From: Fistulifera solaris
Taxonomy: Eukaryota
Assembly (NCBI GenBank): GCA_030295235.1
Contig: AP026162.1
Location: forward strand, 248,001-312,000
Length of the DNA: 64,000 nt
Direction: 5' to 3'
The notes under the pieces were generated by a model that was given only the letters and a program-made list of their open reading frames with translations, searched no databases and was not told where the DNA came from. The first letter of the stretch is position 1. Each line of letters begins with the position of its first letter. The position numbers were made by a program, and so were the translations under genes. Shown piece after piece: positions 48,488-61,097 of the stretch.

Positions 48488-50800
48488 ATGAAGCTTCGTA
48501 CAGGTGTCGCAGCATACGGTCTTTTATTACTGATTCTTTCCCCGCCAGCCGTCGCTGACGATGGACTTGACAAACCTTTCACTTCATCGTTTGCCCGATT
48601 AGAACATGCTCCTTGCACCTCACTCTTTTACCGAAATGGAAGACTTGGATGTGGAACGGAAGACACGTCGCTGCAAGTAGGACAACTGAAATATTTCGAC
48701 GGTAGTCTCCCGGATATAAAGAGCCCGTACGTGGCTGTCATGGAAGAAGAAATGCTAACCGTCGATTCGATTAATACATTGCTTTCGGCGCGCGGCGGAT
48801 ATTTGCAAGGTATTCTTGTACTCAACTCGACTTCGGAAGAAGATGGAGGACAAAATAATCAATATTATTCTCCCGATTCTTTGTATCCTCGAGGCTACGG
48901 TACTCCCTCCGCGAATCTTAATTACGGAACAAATGCTTATGCTTGGAATCCGAAAGGTCAAGGACTGTTTGATATTGACATGCATGGTATACCGATGGCT
49001 TATGTCATTGATGCAGATGTTTCAAAATCCCTCCGGAAGGAAGCGCAGTCGGTGAGTGACGCTCCAGGGGATACGATTGTGGCAGAATTCAACTATTACA
49101 TGGGTCCGGACAAAATGACCAGTGCCAAGTGTCTCGCATGGAAGGATGTTGCCACCAACCAATGGAACCCAAAATGCTTACCCATCGGAGGAACTAGCGT
49201 ATGGGCTACACCTGGTTCTCCGCCATCCTATGGAGATTCCGAGAATGACAACAATGCTAACAATCGACCGGTCGTTGTACTGGCGGCCGGAATGGATTCG
49301 ACTAGTATGTTTCACGACATTAGTCCTGGTGCGAACACAGCGGCCTCCAACATCCTCACTGTTTTGATGGCAGCGCGCTTGATTGGAAAATACGTCAATG
49401 ATAACACATTGGACTCCTTGCCGAATCGAATTGTGTTCGCTTTGTTTGAGGCAGAGCAGTACGGCTTTGTTGGGTCGCGCTCCTTCCTTCGCGACGTCGC
49501 TTATCCTGGTTTTGAATGCAAGAGCAGTCTCGTTCGTGCGGTTTCAAGACTTGGTGAAAAGTCGGATCTGGCTTGTATTAATCCGGTACGTCCCAGCATG
49601 AAATTTACTGGACTGGGACAAATCAAAGGAATGTTGTCCGTCGATCAGCTTGGTTACCTCCTAGGGGATGGTGTTCTCTATGTTCACGCGGATAACAACA
49701 ACGACATGTACGGCACTTTCTTGGCTAATGTTCTCAAAAGTTCGGGAACGAACAGCTTTAGCGTTGCGTCAGCTAGCGTGAATAGTAACAACAACGCTTA
49801 CCCCTATCCTCCGACGCCGTTAACATCCCTTCTGCATCTTTCCGAGGGTGCCGTGGGTGGAGCCGTCTTGACCGGTTACGACTACGCTTTCACCAACAAA
49901 GTCCCCTACCATTCCCACCGTGACTCTGCAGATTACTTTTCCGTCAATTTGAAATCCATTGCCGCAGCAGCAACAATCGCGGCGCGGTCCATTTTGGCGG
50001 CGGCGTACGACAATGGCAGCTACGACTATGCAACATCCGCTAATTACGCGAAGAATCTAATTGGCGAATTGAATTATGATGACAAAGACTTGGTGGCCTT
50101 ATCCAACTGTCTTCTGCACAACGGTCAGTGTGAGATGATCCAGAAATACAGTTCGGTCGATGCGGCGAACGAGAGAATCCGCTTCGGTCGAAACATGGGT
50201 TCGCCGAACCCCATGCCAAAAGCAGCGAACTTTTATGCGGGTGTGTACCATCGATACTATGGTCAGCCGGTGGTCGCGGTCGGTGATCAGCTCTATGGCG
50301 CCTACAACGGAAATGACTACGGAAACAAGGCGTCGGATGCTATTCACATTCTACCCGAAGCACTCGAAAGTGCGATTCATGGTTTGTTCAATGATTACCT
50401 CGGTCGCGGCTCCAATTCGAATGGAAAATTTACGTCGTGCAAAACAGTATCGGATTGTGGCAATGTAGACTACTGCAGTGCCGAAGGCGACAGAGCCACT
50501 TGTACGGGTGGCGGTGTCTGTGTTTGTGAGCGGGCTTCCTACCATGTCGCTTTGGATGAAGCATTACTTCCTGCAGAAAACAAACCGGCGGGATACTTTG
50601 TAGTCAATGAGAACGACGAAGGCATTAGTGCCATGTATACCGAGCCGAATTGGTCGAACGATGTCGGTGTACGAGTCTACCGCGATGCCGGTTGGCTTCC
50701 CGGCTTCCTTTCGCTCGCGGCTGGGTTAGCCGTGGGATCCGCGTCCATTTTCGGAGCCTTTGTTCTACGAATCGGTCTGAAGAAAGAAAAGCTGTATTAA
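48488..50800 (+). CDS. NCSTN: Nicastrin (gamma-secretase subunit)
   Basis: Signal peptide, CLPIGG.SVW, MDSTSMFHD..PGA, F.AE.YG.VGSR.F, PPTPL, YTEPNW and a C-terminal TM helix. Confidence 0.9.
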   Translation: MKLRTGVAAYGLLLLILSPPAVADDGLDKPFTSSFARLEHAPCTSLFYRNGRLGCGTEDTSLQVGQLKYFDGSLPDIKSPYVAVMEEEMLTVDSINTLLSARGGYLQGILVLNSTSEEDGGQNNQYYSPDSLYPRGYGTPSANLNYGTNAYAWNPKGQGLFDIDMHGIPMAYVIDADVSKSLRKEAQSVSDAPGDTIVAEFNYYMGPDKMTSAKCLAWKDVATNQWNPKCLPIGGTSVWATPGSPPSYGDSENDNNANNRPVVVLAAGMDSTSMFHDISPGANTAASNILTVLMAARLIGKYVNDNTLDSLPNRIVFALFEAEQYGFVGSRSFLRDVAYPGFECKSSLVRAVSRLGEKSDLACINPVRPSMKFTGLGQIKGMLSVDQLGYLLGDGVLYVHADNNNDMYGTFLANVLKSSGTNSFSVASASVNSNNNAYPYPPTPLTSLLHLSEGAVGGAVLTGYDYAFTNKVPYHSHRDSADYFSVNLKSIAAAATIAARSILAAAYDNGSYDYATSANYAKNLIGELNYDDKDLVALSNCLLHNGQCEMIQKYSSVDAANERIRFGRNMGSPNPMPKAANFYAGVYHRYYGQPVVAVGDQLYGAYNGNDYGNKASDAIHILPEALESAIHGLFNDYLGRGSNSNGKFTSCKTVSDCGNVDYCSAEGDRATCTGGGVCVCERASYHVALDEALLPAENKPAGYFVVNENDEGISAMYTEPNWSNDVGVRVYRDAGWLPGFLSLAAGLAVGSASIFGAFVLRIGLKKEKLY

Positions 50801-51241
50801 TTGAGTATTCTTGTAAAGTCCGAGTGTTTTCTTAGGGAATGGAATCGTGTTTCGTAGGAATAGTTTCCTCCAAGCAGAGTTGTGATGTCACAATGCACGC
50901 TATGAGCGTCTGTGTTTGTCTAGCATCTACCATTTATCCCTCCAATCGCCGCAGTTCATTGTAGATTTATCGCGGGTAAGGCGAAAAGGAAAAGTATAGA
51001 GATGCCTAGGTCTAGGTCTACACTTACTTTAGTCAACTTGGGATACGGTAACTGCTCACGACGGGGATGGAAGCGACGACTGTGGCCAACATTTCACCCA
51101 GAACAATCGACGCATTCATCATACATGAGACTAAATAAATCTGTTTGCTTCCTGAAGCGGTTTTAGTTAGCAATGGTAGAAGAACAAGCGGTAGTTTGAG
51201 AGGAGTCGTGTGAACACAATCCCGTTTCAGAAACTATTAAT

Positions 51242-51295
51242 TCATGACTGAAGTGCAGTCGTGGTTAAGTTACTTTACATTTGGAGCTATAGTAA
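51242..51295 (-). promoter_or_regulatory. Solo copy of ~55-bp tripartite intergenic element
   Basis: Reverse complement reads TTACTATAGCTCCAAATG...CACGACTG-CACTT-CAGTCATGA with 37-nt spacing. Confidence 0.6.
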
Positions 51296-51531
51296 CCAAG
51301 GTGCCGCATACGATCGTAGCGTTACTGAAAAGCTATGGCCTGGGACACTCCCTGTTACACTACCAGGTATGCCATACAGTATAGCAACCACGTCCACGTG
51401 AATGGAAAGCAAACTTCTTCCTTTTCGCAAAACGATGCAAAATCGCCATTCATTCGCAACGAATGAATGAACAGTCTGCGCCTTCTTGTTCCTCTAACTC
51501 ATTCGTTCTCCAACATTGACACAAATCAACA

Positions 51532-52713
51532 ATGACATCGCCGGAAGAGAGTGCGGATAGATTGACTACGCCGGGTCCGACGATAACTTCTCAAATGCTG
51601 ACGCTCGGACTAGATGCGAGTGACGGTCGATCGCCAAAACGTTCGGTGGAAATGGTCGACAGCACTAACGAATCAGAACGAAATACCTGGTGGAATAGAG
51701 CTTTTCATTCCACGGATGGAGGTTTGGATAGTCGCATAGCAGCAGCGGTGCCAAGCGAGTCAGATAGACCGCGTATAGTAGTGGATGAAGTCGACACAAA
51801 TTATTCTTACGAGCAGATGGGAGAGCGTTTGACGGTTAATACACACACACATGAAAATGTCAATGATTCTAGGAAAGGCCGAGCAATGATGCAGCAGGGA
51901 ATACGAAAAGTTGGAGGTACTTTTAAGAAACTGCAAAAAACGTGGATTCTTAATTCGCACACCAGACGCTCCTTGTCGGACCGAAGCCATATGATTTTAC
52001 GAGATGGGCATTTTTACTATAGGGACATGGAAAGTGCGGTTCCCTCTCGCCATGATGTTGAATCTCAATGCAATTATTTTCAAGCTCCTTCGAGTGCCGC
52101 AGACACCGAACTGAAACGATATCGGGAAAGATTTGAGGATCTTAATAAAGATGCCAAGTGCTTGGAGCTCGATCGATTACTCGACAACGACTTGCAACTG
52201 GATCACACGGAAGACGTGGAGACGAACGAAGTGCAACGAGATGCGCGTAGTAGTATCATTCACACTGCTCAAACATCGTCTCTCTATTATGAGGTTGAGG
52301 GAGGTGGGATGACGCTTCTTTGTTTACCACGAGATCACGTAAGACTCATTATGGATCCAGAGCTACAAACTGGCACATTGGCTGTTGAGCAATGGAGACG
52401 TGAGGATGAGACCAGATACGAAGTTTCTTTGTCTCAAAGGCCGTCTTGCTCGTTTTGCCCAAACTGCAAAAAAGAATTTACGTTCGGTAGAGATTTCTCG
52501 ATTCACCCTGATTTACGGTACACCCTGGTGGTCAACGACGATTTGTACCGAAACCTCATGTCAGAGTTGAGCAGCCATCTTACCGAACCGTACTGTGGCA
52601 TCAACCGATGGTGTCTGGACGACGAAAAAGTGGATATTCGGGTGGCAATTGGTTTTCTAATCATTGTCTTTTCACTTATGTTTGCTACAACTATTGTGTG
52701 GCCAACTCAGTGA
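51532..52713 (+). CDS. Hypothetical tail-anchored protein
   Basis: Intact 393-aa ORF with a single C-terminal hydrophobic helix (VAIGFLIIVFSLMFATTIVW). Confidence 0.75.
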   Translation: MTSPEESADRLTTPGPTITSQMLTLGLDASDGRSPKRSVEMVDSTNESERNTWWNRAFHSTDGGLDSRIAAAVPSESDRPRIVVDEVDTNYSYEQMGERLTVNTHTHENVNDSRKGRAMMQQGIRKVGGTFKKLQKTWILNSHTRRSLSDRSHMILRDGHFYYRDMESAVPSRHDVESQCNYFQAPSSAADTELKRYRERFEDLNKDAKCLELDRLLDNDLQLDHTEDVETNEVQRDARSSIIHTAQTSSLYYEVEGGGMTLLCLPRDHVRLIMDPELQTGTLAVEQWRREDETRYEVSLSQRPSCSFCPNCKKEFTFGRDFSIHPDLRYTLVVNDDLYRNLMSELSSHLTEPYCGINRWCLDDEKVDIRVAIGFLIIVFSLMFATTIVWPTQ

Positions 52714-52739
52714 TGACCATTCGTCTAAAAACCACACTG

Positions 52740-55700
52740 CTACTTCGAGTTTGAAGAGATGTGTGAGACTTGTCTCACCTTGAATATTTCAGGCCTTTTC
52801 GAAAGCTGCGAGACCAGTTCGCGACCTGCAGCTTTGGGAAATGCAGATTGAATCGCAAATTCCATTATCGCCGTCGGTCGATCACCCGAAGAGGAGCTTC
52901 GTAGTCCGTATTGAGCTACTTTCACCGGTGACCCGTCATCGTGAACGGGTATAGATTTGATGAGTTTGATTGTGTGTCCCAAAGCATCGTCGCGATACTC
53001 CGCTTCTACGCGAAGGAGTATTGTTTCGGGTCCATGCTCTTTATCCAATGATACAATAGTAAATTCCCCTAGAATTGACTGAATTGTATCTGCGACCTCG
53101 AGCGATGTGGGTCGTTCGCTCGGAACCTTGTTGAGCATACTGGTTATCAGGGGATTGTAAGGTTGGAAACGATGTACCAACTTTTTTGTTCCAATCGGAT
53201 GGAAACTTGTGCGCACGAAGGTTGGTCAAGCACACGCTTCTTTCCATGCCAGTGTACATAGGATAGCACAATTCAAATAGGATAATTCCGAGAGAGTATA
53301 TATCTGTAGATGAATCATAGTCAGAAGCGTTTGTTTGCTCAGGCGATGCGTAAGACCGTGTCCCCAAATTTGTAGTTAGTATCGCCCTGCTAGAATTGTT
53401 TGGACTCACTGCATCTGAAATGTCATCTTCAGTGGATGCCTCGCGGCTTAGCCCAAAATCTCCCACCTTGATAATGCCTTTCGTATCCATGAAGCAGTTG
53501 CTTGCTATAAGGAGAGGAAGTGGAGGACAGTAGACCCACAGTGGCATGAAAGAGCAAGCAAAATCAGTAAAGAATTACGAGGGGATGCAAGTACATCAAA
53601 GTATATAAAGGTAATAAGACTTACGCTTGAGATCCCGATGGATGAGGCCTTGATCGTGGACGTAATGAACAGCCTGAGCAATCTGGACAAACAATTGGAG
53701 CGCCCTTGGAATATCGATCCCAGACTCGAGTGAGCCGCGTCTTGCTTCTTCATCCAAGAGAAATTCTGCCACAGTGCTCTGACTACAGAGTTGCATTTGA
53801 ATGTACAGCGTGTGTTTGGTTGCATTGTTTGTGTCAGATTGCGTGGGTTTCATGCTTGTATTCCTACTCATTGTCACATTTCGCTGGTGGGAAAGCTTTG
53901 CATTTTCGAAAAGTCCCGTTTCAAGAATTGTACTATCATCGTTCCTGCTCTCCGACATAAACTCAAAATCGTTGTGAAAGTTTTTCGAAAGTCGGTCTCT
54001 CCGTAAACTTGAAAAACTAAAATTGGATGTCATGTTCCATCCTAAAGGGTTACCTGCATTCAAGTGCGTCCGTTGCAAGGTGGGCGCTGAGCAGTGGTCA
54101 TCTTCCCATTTGCTCACAGAGTCCGTGGTAAAAAGGGAATTGTCTGTTGCATCATCAAATGTTTTCTGCTCTTCGGGTCCGTTACTACTTGATGCTGTGA
54201 CCGGCTTATCGTCGTCATCGATCTCTAGCCAAGCAGTGTAATATCGAACAATGTTAGGATGATCGAGTACAGCGAGTATCTTAACTTCGCGAAGCACACG
54301 CTGCAGGCGCCTCTGAAATCCAGGATCACTGGAATCTGCGCCCTTGACCGATATTTTCTTGATAGCGTATTCACGACCATCCAGGACATTTTTACATCGA
54401 AATATCCTGCCGAATCCACCAGCACCCAAAGCCTCGAATTCCTCAAACTCCGACGCATATCGAGAGTATCGAACCAAAGGTATGCCTCCCAATTGAACAG
54501 GTTGCTTAGAATCTTCAATGGGGCGCTGGTTTTGTTCATTACCGGGAGTAGAAAGGATCATATCATTGTCTTCGTTTTTAGATATAGCCGCGCTTCTCGA
54601 CAAATCCCCGAAGTCATTCTTGCTCGTGAAATTTGTGCTTTCTACAAAAGCTCCAGGTAAGCTTTGGCTCCTTTTCAGATTCCCGGATCGAGGCGGGAGC
54701 TTTGAAGTAGAGGTTTCTAGGTCAAGCGAATATGCGACATGAGGCCGTGTCTTCCTCGCGTCAGTCGTTGCTTCCGACAACCATTTTCTCTTTTTTGAAT
54801 TGTACAACCGGTGGAGTCCGACCGACAAAACCACCACACAAATCGCTAGAAACTCGACTAATCGCCAACTTAAGAGAAGCCCGCCGGGATGGATAGAAGT
54901 TCGCTGAGGAAGGGGAGTACCACGTTCTCTTTCAGGTTGGTTAAAAACAAACCCAAGTTTTGATTCAAAGGAATCGTGTTCAACAGTACAAGTCTCCCCA
55001 ATCGAAAGCCTTGATTGTCTAGGTTCGCCCGAGGGAAGCAATTTTGGGGCTCTTTTCGTCTCAAATCCCATTCTGCCTCTTGGGGGCGATAATACGCACG
55101 AGCTGCCTCCCATGCCGCTTTTGACCAAGTCTCATCATGTTCTACAGTTTCGCGGGGCGGGTATGTGAGCTCTAGCTGTTTGCTTTCCGTCGCTTCAGTC
55201 ATTTCATCAAAGTCGAGGTCACTTTCCACAACTGTAACCGTAGTCCAATGCCCGTTGCTTATTCCGAAAACCGAGGAAAGAACGCTGGGAGTGGTCTGTT
55301 GCCACAAAATGCTGCCGTTTTCCGGATCCACCGCAGATAGTGTGCGACCAGCATTTGAAAACAAGATAGAGGGCATTTTCGCTTTTATGAATTTGCTCTC
55401 AGCGAGGCCCACGATATCATCTTCATCTGCGTCGAGGGCAGTCTCGTCATCTAGCAAAACATCTCGAAAATCCAATGCCTGATAGTTCCCCAGCGAAACA
55501 TTCCAAGCTTGTTTCCCTGTTGACTCGGAAACATGTCGAATCCAGTACTCTTTTCTTTGCAAAGTAACGCAGCTTCCGTCGGTCGCTTTTCTCTCAAAAT
55601 GGAATCCCCATTTTCGGTTTTCCACAAAAGATGCCCTTTTTCATCCAATGCGATAAGACTGGTTTCTGCCGATGCCGTTAAAATGCCGCATTCCTGTGTG

Positions 55701-56143
55701 TCGGGAGTGCAGCTTCGAATAGGATGCTCCAAGATAGAATGAATCGAAAAAGGTAGCACTTCGAGAGATGGGTCACCGCTTTCAGAGAGTTCTGAATAGG
55801 AATACAAGCGACCGTCCAAGCCCGGTACAATCGACACCGATGAGTCCTTCAGCTCGTCAGAAAGTTCGGTATTATCCGTTCTATGTTTTTGTAACAGCGG
55901 ATCGGTGGAAACACTCGCCTCTAATTTTCCAGTCCACGCATTCATTGTGACCAACGTCCCGTCCGTCAAGGATAGAAGCAGATAGGACGACGAACGGTCA
56001 TCGCTTTTGCCGTGAAACGAGGGAATGGAATGCGTCTCTTCATTGTTCAATGACGCCATGGAGAGCACCATCAGGTAGGAAATAAAAAGAGCGAGGAGAG
56101 CGCATTTGAGAGACCGTCGTTTTCGCGACCGAATTCGGTACAT
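52740..56143 (-). CDS. PERK-like transmembrane eIF2-alpha kinase with a putative C-terminal ACT-like domain
   Basis: Signal peptide, luminal IRE1/PERK-like region (LSLTDG.L, VPGLDGRLY, WNVSLG) and TM helix. Kinase motifs SRY.SEFEE..LGAGGFG, LDGREYAIKK, HPNIVRYYTAW, a long insert, LYIQMQLC, HRDLKPSN and KVGDFGL. Intron 53505-53624. Three apparent frameshifts (~55587, ~54900-55130, ~53150). Confidence 0.88.
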
Positions 56144-56716
56144 TCTGGAACATGTAGTTGGAGCTCTGCGCCGCAAATAAGCTTCTCCTCTTAGTGTCGA
56201 TCTCACAAGGGGTTTGACTTTGTTGCTCTTAAAACGACAAAAGGACTTTTCTCGCCCGCAACGAACGCTGCTTGAAAATGCTCGTTCCTCATGGTGTCGT
56301 GGGTCTTCCGAAAAATCGCTAGCTGGAACTTTGTTCGTCGTATCGGTATCCAATATGTACAGCTCGTGACTTCTGACATCACTGACACCTGACTTCGTTT
56401 TGGTATCCACAACCATAGTAGAATAACTCTTGAAGGTACTTTTGTATGCGAGATATTGTATGCCCAAGTTCGGGTTTGCATGTCGCATCGTCATTACAAA
56501 ATACATCCACAGTGAACGAATGAATGTGCGCGATCATAAGCGCGACGAATGCTATGAGCGCGATGATGATGTGTCTCTCGATCGTATCTTGACCTGAATC
56601 ATCAGCTTCACAAAATAATACGGAGTAAACAATTCGAGGAAGACGTTTCCCCAGCTAAATATCATAGCTCGTCGTACCCAGCTGTATTTTCAGTTATATC
56701 ACTGCCTTTCTTGACG

Positions 56717-58223
56717 ATGAAGATCTCGTTCGCAGCAATTTCGTGCCTGGCTCTGTCGGCCACTTCGGCGGCTGCCTTCGCGCCCAGCTCTCCGCATCGG
56801 ATCTCCACAGAACTAAATGCGTCGCCGGAATGGCTGCAAAAGGCACAGCAGACATTAGTCACGGCGGGTGTTGCTGCAAGTCTGTGGTCGGCGCCCGCGT
56901 TTCTGGACTCCACAGGTGTCTTTCCGACAACAACTTCGACCGTCACCGCCAAGGAAATGGCCAGTGGAAGTGGCTCGCGAGTGAACAAAGACGCCGAGTC
57001 TCTTCTACGTTACGGCCTTCCCATAAATAACAAGGAGGTGTGTATTGTCATTGATGAGCAGCGCCTCGTCGGTTCACCTGCGAGCTCGCCTGATTTTCCT
57101 GATTATTTGTTGTGATCTCATACTTTCCCTTTACTGAATAGGTTCGAAAGCTACAGGTTGTTCTAGAGGATGTCAAGTACGATATTCAATCGAAGCGAAA
57201 GGGAGCCGCATTGTCGGGTAGCCAGAAAGCCAAGGCCATTTTAAACAGCAAAGATACGGAGAAGATGAAAGCCGCGTGTCGTGAGCCAGATGTCTGTCAA
57301 AAGTATCTCACGGCCATGATACAAGAAATGGACCCTCTTTCGGCCGCATTGAAAGAATCGCAGGATACATTCCAGGGCAGTGATCAAGAGCGAGCTGCCT
57401 TGGATAAAGCTTATGAGGCACAAAACGAAGCTGTAGCCAGTCTTTCTCTTTTGGAAGAGCAGATGGTGCCAAAAGGATACAAAGTCCCCGTTCCGGAAGA
57501 ATACAACGACTTGCCACAATTACAGGGACGCGCTACGGTCTCAATGACTTTGGTGAAACCCAACAAAGCACCTTTCCAGGTGGACGCCGTGTCCTATCCC
57601 GAAGCGAAAATGAAAATGGTGATTGATGGTTACAATGCTCCTGTTACAGGTGGAAACTTTTTGGAGTTGGTTCAGAAAGGCTTTTATGACAAAATGCCGA
57701 TTCAGCGTTCGGATGGATTTGTAGTGCAAACGGGAAGACCCGAAGGCAATGCCGAGGGATATGTTGCTCCCGGAAGCAAGAGCGTAGGGAATGGAAAGAA
57801 TGGCGAACGTCTTATTCCTCTCGAAATCTTTGTGAAAGGGGATAAGGCTCCCATTTATGAAGTTACTATTGAGGACGAAGGGCGAGGCGGAGAAGCGACA
57901 GTCATTCCTTTCAGTAGTTATGGTGCCATGGGATGGGCGCGAGAAGAGTACGACCCCAATTCCGGAAGTTCTCAATTCTTTTGGCTTCTCTTCGACTCAG
58001 ACTTGACACCGGCGGGGAAGAACGTTTTGGATGGCAGATACCCATGGTACGTATCGACGTAGCTCTCGTGTAACTTGATGCTTGCTTTTAAAGCTCACCG
58101 CTCTGCTTTAGTTTTGGGTACGTGGTGGAAGGCGCTGACTTTTTGAAGGCAGTGGAAGAAGGCGATATCATCGTCTCAGCTAAGGTGACAGAAGGTGCCG
58201 AGAACTTGATCTTGCCGAAGTAG
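56717..58223 (+). CDS. CYP38: Thylakoid-lumen cyclophilin (CYP38/TLP40-like)
   Basis: AAAFAP plastid leader plus a lumen signal, SLLRYGLPI, LPQLQGRATV, IDGYNAPVTGGNF, FVVQTG, SQFFW, LDGRY.CFGYV. Introns 57038-57141 and 58047-58111. Confidence 0.88.
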
Positions 58224-58900
58224 TCAAGAACGCGCTACAGCTCGACTGAGACACAAAGTTGCACAGTCGACAAGTATTTCAAGTTCATTGTGATGGTTGC
58301 CGCATTGTAACGAGCGGCGCTACTCGACCGCTGAATCACTTACTAGGGGCTATTTTAAAATTTAATGTATCAGCTTAGCTACAGACTGACCGCTAGACTA
58401 GTACCTATCAAAAGAATCTTGATGCAGTAGTCTTAGGGCTCTGCCACAAAGAAAACTCATCTGGCTCTGAACGCCAACACAACATTGCCTGCTCTGTAGA
58501 ACGTAACTGCCCGTAGGAGATGATGATTGTCTAAATAATATATCAAAATGAAATGCGTAAAGTGTGGGATGATTTTTTCGTGCGACTGGTCGATTTTCCA
58601 GGTTCTTTTAAACTTCTCGAATAACGAACGCCCTTCAATAAACAGAAAGACAATCAGAAAAAGTGAGAACGACTGAACAGCAAAGAGAGGTAAATCTCGT
58701 CAGGAGCAAAGGTACAGGTCATACTCTTCCTATCAAAACTCAATCTCATCATTCATCGGCACGATATAATGAGTGTCTATCTGACATTTTGCCAAATCAA
58801 CTCGGTTTATTCGGTTTCCGATTTGTGTAACGTAAGCGAGTCTCTTTTCATAATCATTCTGTTTCGATCGCCAACTCTTTAAAGACGATGAACGTACATT

Positions 58901-59592
58901 TTAATCCACCAACATTTGCTTGGCAATCTCATCTCGTTTTTCCTTTCCAAACAGTTGTTCTCCCAGTGTGAGTGCAAATTGAATCGATGTACCGGGACCT
59001 TGCGACGTGATCATATTCCCGGTCACCACGACACGTTCTTTGGAGTAATTGGGAATCGTTTCTTGAAAATGAGGTGCGGGATAACATGTCGCGGCGGCTC
59101 CCTCTTCGATCAACCCGTGCGTCGCCAAGGCGATCGCCGGTGCCGCACAAATCGCACCGAACAGTTTATTGGAACTTTTTGTTTCCGCAGCAATTCAATG
59201 AGTGGCGCACAATCCCGTAAGGCTTCCGCCCCAGCCACACCACCGGGCAACACAATCAAGTCCCAGTCGCGGGTCGCCGCGTCTTCGATGACTTGATCGG
59301 CTTGCACTTGAATGCCTCGACTCATCGTACACAGCAATTCTCCGTTCGGATTTACGGAGGCTGTAGTAACTTTGGCACCGAATCGGGTTAATGTATCAGT
59401 AATGCAAGTTGTTTCGATTTCTTCACTCCCATGGGCGATGGGAACCAAGACCTGTTTAGTCGTCATGCTTCGAGCGGTGGAAGAATAAAATGTGGATGAT
59501 AACTGCGATGACTGGAAAGCGGAACTGAAGCTTAGAAAAGCGAGAAGAGGAGTGTTTCGAAAAAGCAAGAGTCTCTTTGCGAGGAATGACAT
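58901..59592 (-). CDS. PARK7: DJ-1/PfpI (YajL-like) protein with organellar leader
   Basis: VPIAHGSEEIE, DLIVLPGG..GA, AICAAPA (restored by adding one base to run 59176-59180), ATCYP and ITSQGPGT. Confidence 0.9.
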
Positions 59593-59898
59593 ACTAGTAA
59601 AGTAAAAAATGAGAAGCATACAATTACCGGGTAAATAATGAGGTGCGCCGGCGGTGCAGCGTGATAAGCGGTGTATGCGTGTATGCAGTGTTTTTGTGGT
59701 TGCGAGGAGTGATGTGGAGGAGTTTTAACTCATGACTGACAAATCATGACTGAAAGCGCATTATAAGTCGGTCCGCCAGTCAGTCGCCTCGATCTACTGC
59801 TTTTTCACCCCACAAAACAAAATATTAGCTGAAGATTACTTACCGTGACGAAACATTACCATACCTCCTCGTCTTAACAATACTTTCCTGCTTATTGC

Positions 59899-61097
59899 AT
59901 GCGACGCATTTTGTTGGCGGGACTTCCTTCTTTGTGCTTGGCCTTTCGACCTATTTCTTTGCCCCGATCGCGGAATCATCATCATCGTTTATCACGCTTC
60001 ACCATGACAACAAACATGTTCAAACGCGCCAAATTATCACTTGACGAAGATCCCGAATCCAGTCACAGTAAGACTGTTGCCGTACATTCCGGAACCTTTC
60101 AAGCCGACGAAGCTATGGGTGTTTGGATGTTGCGACAACTCCCTTCCTACCGCCACGCCAAGCTCATTCGCAGTCGGGAGTTGCAAGTCTTGGAGTCAAC
60201 CGATATTGTTTTGGATGTGGGTGGAGTGTACGATCACTCCAAATTACGCTACGATCATCATCAAAGAGGTTACGAAGAGTATTTTTATCCCAAGAAGATA
60301 TTGCAGCCGGGAGGAAGTTCGAAAGAAGAACCGCGTTGCACGAAATTAAGTGCGTCGGGTCTCATTTACAAGCACTACGGAAAGCAAGTCATCCAAACTT
60401 ACTATCCTGAATTGACAGAAGAGTATCTAGAGTTGGCTTTTCATCGAATTTACGACACGCTTCTCGAAGCACTCGACGCGATTGATACCGGAGTGGAAAT
60501 GGCACCCGAAGGTGTCCAATTGGTGTATTCCGATGCTACCGGACTCGCGCGTCGTGTCAGCCGTCTCAATCCCCGGTGGAACGAAGTCACTGAAACCGGC
60601 GAAAGTCCCGATATGGATGAACGCTTTTTGCAAGCGGTAGAGATGTGCGGTCAGGACTTTTTGTCGGTCATGACGGCTATTGTCGAAAGTGACCTGCCCG
60701 CCCGAACGCACGTGGTACAAGCTCTTTGAAGCGCCATGAAATTGACGAGTCGGGTGAAGTTATTAAATTAGAAAGTGGAGGATTGCCTTGGAAACATCAC
60801 TTGTATGATTTGGAAAAAGAAACAAACATTCCCAAATTGATCAAGTTTGTGCTTTACACAGATACGTCCGGTATGTGGAGAGTTCAAGCGGTGACAGTGG
60901 AAGGCAAAAACTTTGAGAACCGATGTAGTTTACTGGAAGCCTGGCGAGGAGTACGTGATGATGAGCTTGTATCTATCTCAAATATTCCAGGGGCGCGCTT
61001 TGTCCACGCCGCCGGCTTTATCGGTGGCGCAGACACCTACGAGGGAGCTTTGGAGATGGCGAGGGAGACGCTGAAACAACAACCGAGTGAATCATGA
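59899..61097 (+). CDS. MYG1: MYG1 family exonuclease (UPF0160)
   Basis: HSGTFQADE, DVGGVYD, RYDHHQR, TKLSASGLIYKHYG, DAIDTG, WRVQAV, WRGVRD, FVHAAGFIGG. Frameshift in T-run 60725-60727. Confidence 0.93.

Noticed and set aside
56144..56506. N-terminal extension of ORF 55451-56506
   Set aside because: The signal-peptide-like segment follows the Met at 56143, so the upstream in-frame stretch is probably 5' UTR or promoter.
56562..56606. ATGATGA...CTGA snoRNA-like motif
   Set aside because: Too short (~45 nt) and no identifiable guide sequence.
59730..59757. TCATGACTGA direct repeat between DJ-1 and MYG1 as a full element copy
   Set aside because: Only the core half-site is present (twice); the AAAGTG and ACTATA boxes are missing at the expected distance.
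60721..60732. prfB-like CTT-TGA programmed frameshift in MYG1
   Set aside because: The shift needed is -1, not +1, and it falls in a T-run like the other probable sequencing errors.
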